Shown: piece by piece, positions 60,204-64,000 of the stretch
Layout of the letters: every line of letters starts with the position of its first letter
Numbering within the stretch: position 1 is the first letter of the stretch
Assembly: GCA_045633945.1 (NCBI GenBank)
Contig: JAZQZH010000021.1
Coordinates: 30,808-94,807, forward strand
Origin: Alphaproteobacteria bacterium
GTDB lineage: Bacteria > Pseudomonadota > Alphaproteobacteria > RF32 > CAG-239
Direction: 5' to 3'
Length of the DNA: 64,000 nucleotides
Notes under the pieces: generated by a model
Told to the model about the DNA's origin: nothing
What the model saw: the letters and a program-made list of their open reading frames with translations, nothing else
Databases searched by the model: none
Translations under genes and position numbers: made by a program

Positions 60204-61005
60204 TAAAACCATTAATTTTATTAAAAAGAATTTGTGTATAGAGAGCCCTAAAACTGCTATCATTTTAGGTTCCGGATTAAGTGGATTTGCTAGCGAATTA
60301 AAAGAAGCAAAAATATTAAAATATAAAGATATAGAAGGTTTTCCTAAAAGTACTGTTGCAGGACACAAAGGAGAATTAATAAAAGGCTATATAGGTGATA
60401 ATGAAATACTTTGCTTAAATGGTCGATTCCATTTATATGAAGGACATGATCCAAAAGTCATTGCAGATGTGATGTATATATTAAAAAAATTAGGGGTAAA
60501 GCGCTTATTAGTAACAAATGCAGCTGGTTCTTTGCGTAAAGATTTAGCTCCAGGAAGTTTGATGTTAATTAATGATCACATTAATTTTAGTGGTAAAAAT
60601 CCATTAATTGGTCCAAATGATGATGATAGAGGCCCAAGATTCCCGTCAATGAACAATGCATATACATTAAAACTACGTCAAAAAATAAAAGAAGTTGCAG
60701 AGGGAATTGATGTAGAGTTAAAAGAAGGTGTATATTTAATGGTTGTAGGACCTAATTTTGAAACATCAGCTGAAGTTAAAGCTTTTGGAATACTAGGCGC
60801 GGATGCTGTTGGAATGTCAACAGTTCCAGAAGTTATTTCTGCGGTATATTTTGGAATGGATGTGCTAGGTATTTCTGTTATAACAAATTATGCAGCGGGA
60901 CTAGTAAATAATACTCCATCACATCAAGAAACATTATCTGAAGCTGCCAAAGCCTCGGATAAATTAGTTAAGTTAGTTACTACATTTCTCACTAAAGGAG
61001 AGTAA
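60196..61005 (+). CDS. punA: Purine nucleoside phosphorylase (PunA/XapA-type, trimeric PNP-I family)
   Basis: I prefer the start at 60196 (MISKTINF) with a GGAG RBS; the track start is 60178. Has the PNP-I phosphate-binding region and a family-typical length of 270 aa. Confidence 0.75.
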   Translation: MISKTINFIKKNLCIESPKTAIILGSGLSGFASELKEAKILKYKDIEGFPKSTVAGHKGELIKGYIGDNEILCLNGRFHLYEGHDPKVIADVMYILKKLGVKRLLVTNAAGSLRKDLAPGSLMLINDHINFSGKNPLIGPNDDDRGPRFPSMNNAYTLKLRQKIKEVAEGIDVELKEGVYLMVVGPNFETSAEVKAFGILGADAVGMSTVPEVISAVYFGMDVLGISVITNYAAGLVNNTPSHQETLSEAAKASDKLVKLVTTFLTKGE

Positions 61006-61006
61006 A

Positions 61007-62317
61007 ATGTTACCACAAGAGATTATCCGTAAAAAAAGAAATAAAGAAATCTTGAACAAAGATGAGATAGAATTTTTAATAAAAGGCATAAGTGATGGTA
61101 GCCTTGCTGATGTGCAAGCAGCATCATTTACAATGGCTGCATTTTTAAATGGATTAAATAAAGAGGAAACATTAAATCTGACTTTAGCTATGCGCGATTC
61201 TGGGGAAAAGATTTGCTTTGAAGATATAGATGCCCCAATTGTTGATAAGCATTCAACCGGAGGAGTGGGGGATAAGGTAAGTCTTATGCTCGCGCCAATG
61301 CTGGCCTCTTGTGGTGTTTATGTTCCAATGATTGCGGGGCGTGGTTTAGGTCACACAGGAGGAACTCTAGATAAATTAGATTCAATTGAAGGATATAACA
61401 CCAAAGCAGATGTGGAAACATTTAAAAAGACAGTGAAAAATGTTGGTTGTGCAATTATAGGTCAAACAGCATCACTAGCACCTGCAGATAAAAAGTTATA
61501 TGCAATAAGAGATGTTTGTGCTACAGTTGAATCAATTCCATTGATTACTGCATCAATCTTATCTAAAAAGTTATCAGCTGGTCTTAAATATCTTGTTATG
61601 GATATAAAGTGTGGTAATGGTGCTTTTATGGAAAATAAGAAGAGAGCAAGAGAGTTAGCTCGTTCTATAGTAAATGTTGCTAATAGCGCAAACACAAAAA
61701 CAACAGCTCTTTTAACAGATATGGATAGTGTTTTAGGCTCTGCTGTTGGTAATGTTTTAGAGTTAAGAGAGGCATTGGATTATTTAAAAGGTAAAACAGT
61801 AGATAGACGACTTCATGAAGTAACAATGTCTTTATGCCAAGAGTTGCTTATAAATAGTGGTGTAGCAAGAGATATCACAATAGCCAAAGAGTTATTGCAA
61901 AAAAGCATTGATAAAGGATATGCTTTTGAGCGTTTTATTAAAATGGCAGCATCTCTAGGCGCAAATAAAAACATATTAGAAGATTATGAAAATAAGCTTC
62001 CTCAAGCAAAATATATTGAGCCGATATATGCTAATACAAGTGGATATATTTCTAAAATAGATACTAGAAGTATTGGGCTTGGTGTTATTATGTTAGGTGG
62101 TGGAAGAACCCACCCAGACCAAAACATAAATTATACAACAGGTTTTACTTCTTTTTGTCAGGTTGGTGATAAGGTGGATGCAAGAACACCTCTTTGTTGC
62201 ATACATGCTGAGGATAAAGATAAAATAAAAGAGGTTGGTAAATTAGTAAAAGATGCTATAACTATATCAGATAAAAAAGTTAGAAATAAATCTGCAATTA
62301 TTGAGCGCATATCTTAA
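61007..62317 (+). CDS. deoA: Thymidine/pyrimidine-nucleoside phosphorylase
   Basis: KHSTGGVGDKVSLMLAPMLA glycosyltransferase family-3 motif. 436 aa. Confidence 0.85.
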   Translation: MLPQEIIRKKRNKEILNKDEIEFLIKGISDGSLADVQAASFTMAAFLNGLNKEETLNLTLAMRDSGEKICFEDIDAPIVDKHSTGGVGDKVSLMLAPMLASCGVYVPMIAGRGLGHTGGTLDKLDSIEGYNTKADVETFKKTVKNVGCAIIGQTASLAPADKKLYAIRDVCATVESIPLITASILSKKLSAGLKYLVMDIKCGNGAFMENKKRARELARSIVNVANSANTKTTALLTDMDSVLGSAVGNVLELREALDYLKGKTVDRRLHEVTMSLCQELLINSGVARDITIAKELLQKSIDKGYAFERFIKMAASLGANKNILEDYENKLPQAKYIEPIYANTSGYISKIDTRSIGLGVIMLGGGRTHPDQNINYTTGFTSFCQVGDKVDARTPLCCIHAEDKDKIKEVGKLVKDAITISDKKVRNKSAIIERIS

Positions 62318-62318
62318 A

Positions 62319-63596
62319 TTAATAGAGTTTTTTAGGTTTTCGCGGTTGTTTGGGAGCTCTAAAATCTGCCCAAGATTTAAAGTTTTTTACTCTATATAAT
62401 AGCTGATAATCAGGATACCCATCCTGAGGTATCTTCCATTTCTTTTGCAATTTTTTAATTGCGAGTTTTGTTTTTGTACCCAATTTGCCATCCTCTTTTA
62501 AGCTTAGCTTAAAGATACGATTTGCAAAACGTTGTATGGTTAAAACATCTTCATCAGTTGGTTTGTAGTTTATTTTATCACCTAAAGGGGTAACATTTTT
62601 TTCATTTTTTATGTAGTCTGCCATTTTAACAATAGCTAGAGCATAGTTTGTTGAGCGATTCCATATCATAATACGTCTAAAATTGCTAAGAGTAATATAG
62701 GCTCTACCGCGCCTTCCATCTGGAAGAGTAATTACAGCATTAGCATCCAAAGGAAGCTGAAGCGCTTTACCATTACTACCGATAATGCCCATCTTTTTCC
62801 ACTCGTATACTTTTTTATATTTTTTAGCGCCAACTAAGTTGTAGTCAAAATTCCAAGGTAAAATCACTTCTTGTCCCCAAGGTTCATCTGATTTCCAACC
62901 AAGTTTAGATAAATAATTTGCTGCACTTGCGATTGCATCATCAAAATCATCCCAAATATCAGCAACACCATCATTATTATAATCAACTGCATAGGCATTA
63001 TAGGTAGAGGGCATAAACTGAAAGTGTCCCATAGCTCCAGCCCAGGAACCCATCATTTTATGAGGTTTTAAATCTTGGGTTTCCATAATTTTAAGAGCAT
63101 TATATAATTCATTCTTAAAAAATTTGGATCTTCTATTTTTATAACTTAAATTTGTTAATCCATCAATTAGATGATATTTTCCTTTATTGTATCCAAAGTG
63201 TGTTTCAATTGCCCAAAAAGAGATAAGATAATTAAGAGGAACACCATATTTGTCAGAAATCTCATTATATTTTGGTTCAAGTTGTTTGTAATGCTCTCTA
63301 GCTAAGCTAACTTTATGTTTATTTACTAGCTTATTTATATAATCATCAGAAGTTAACAAAAACTCAGCTTGTTTTTTATCTTGTAAAACAACTTCTTTTC
63401 TTTCATGAAAAAAGTCTGCATTATATGCTTTTTTTATTGTTTTTTTTGAAATTCCTTTTTCAATCATTTCAAGTTTAAGATTAGAAAGCCAAGTATCCCA
63501 TTCTTGTCGTTGTTGTTCAATAGGTTTAACCTTTGCAAAAGCATTGCAAGTAATTAAAATAAAAAATAATGCAAAATATAATGTTATTTTTTTCAT
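62319..63596 (-). CDS. mltB: Lytic murein transglycosylase (MltB/Slt35 family) with a C-terminal peptidoglycan-binding domain
   Basis: Signal peptide. Lytic transglycosylase core (...GPMQFMPSTY-like region: GAMGHFQFMPSTYNAYAVD). C-terminal PG_binding_1 (LTIQRFANRIFKLSLKEDGKLGTKTKLAIKKLQ). Confidence 0.8.
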   Translation of the reverse strand: MKKITLYFALFFILITCNAFAKVKPIEQQRQEWDTWLSNLKLEMIEKGISKKTIKKAYNADFFHERKEVVLQDKKQAEFLLTSDDYINKLVNKHKVSLAREHYKQLEPKYNEISDKYGVPLNYLISFWAIETHFGYNKGKYHLIDGLTNLSYKNRRSKFFKNELYNALKIMETQDLKPHKMMGSWAGAMGHFQFMPSTYNAYAVDYNNDGVADIWDDFDDAIASAANYLSKLGWKSDEPWGQEVILPWNFDYNLVGAKKYKKVYEWKKMGIIGSNGKALQLPLDANAVITLPDGRRGRAYITLSNFRRIMIWNRSTNYALAIVKMADYIKNEKNVTPLGDKINYKPTDEDVLTIQRFANRIFKLSLKEDGKLGTKTKLAIKKLQKKWKIPQDGYPDYQLLYRVKNFKSWADFRAPKQPRKPKKLY

Positions 63597-63709
63597 AAAA
63601 TTATCCTAATTCGTATATAATTACAAAATAAAACAAAATATCTTTACTTTTTCCTAACAATCAACTATTTACATAAAAAAATGTTGTAATAATTTTATTA
63701 GAGGTAAAA

Positions 63710-64000
63710 ATGAATATCAAAGAGTTCAAATCAATCCTTCCTCCATATAAGGCTATACTAGGGATAGATTATGGCTCAAAACGCATGGGGATTGCTGTGT
63801 CTGATTTGTTAAGAACCATCGCTACATCATATAAAATTTTATATCGTAAAGATGATAAAACAGATATTGAAGAATTAAAAAAGATTATAAAAGAAAAAGA
63901 GATTGGTGCTATTGTAATGGGACTTCCTTTGCAAATGAACGGAATGGAAGGAGAAATAGCCCAAGAAGTGAAAAAATTTGCTTTATTTTTAGAAGAAAAT
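63710..64000 (+). CDS. ruvX: Holliday-junction resolvase-like YqgF/RuvX; the 3' end runs off the window end
   Basis: MNIKEFKSILPPYKAILGIDYGSKRMGIAVSD matches the RNase H-like YqgF N-terminus. RBS GAGGT. Confidence 0.7.
   Translation, partial: MNIKEFKSILPPYKAILGIDYGSKRMGIAVSDLLRTIATSYKILYRKDDKTDIEELKKIIKEKEIGAIVMGLPLQMNGMEGEIAQEVKKFALFLEEN

Overview
This is a visibly AT-rich (about 30% GC by eye, not computed) alphaproteobacterial chromosomal segment. Evidence for the lineage: a GcrA cell-cycle regulator; rpoZ-spoT-acpS, leuS-lptE-holA and lptB-hpf-ptsN synteny; and gap-pgk. It is probably a reduced, host-associated lineage. I call about 57 protein genes, almost all on tightly packed operons. 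The housekeeping backbone is: ptsN(partial)-hpf-lptB-lptC/A-kdsD, holC, degP-hflC-hflK, mrp, gcrA, rpoZ, spoT, acpS, rpmJ (missing from the ORF track), ettA, clpP-clpX, holA-lptE-leuS, mlaC, pgk-gap, queA, lgt, dtd, galU, cdd-punA-deoA, mltB and ruvX(partial). I found no rRNA, tRNA, CRISPR array, transposase or integrase. The unusual material is all cell-envelope or secreted. (1) A NodT/TolC-type outer-membrane-factor lipoprotein carries an extra C-terminal He_PIG (putative Ig) domain and is co-transcribed with a PMT/ArnT-like GT-C membrane glycosyltransferase. (2) A second GT-C glycosyltransferase sits 4 nt after an FAD oxidoreductase gene on the same strand. (3) A 1114-aa orphan protein has a coiled-coil N-terminus, glycine-zipper hydrophobic hairpins and a tandemly duplicated ~230-aa C-terminal module. 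(4) An 1803-aa AsmA/TamB-like protein contains ~15 in-frame copies of a 39-nt tandem repeat encoding the acidic 13-mer TNLEPVVVAEDIK. (5) An orphan VirB8-like gene lies upstream of clpPX. (6) A membrane protein ends in a degenerate GGDEF domain. (7) A GldA/GldF-GldG-like ABC system and two tandem MlaD paralogs are present. Several intrinsic terminators and one GC-rich leader hairpin are readable directly in the sequence.
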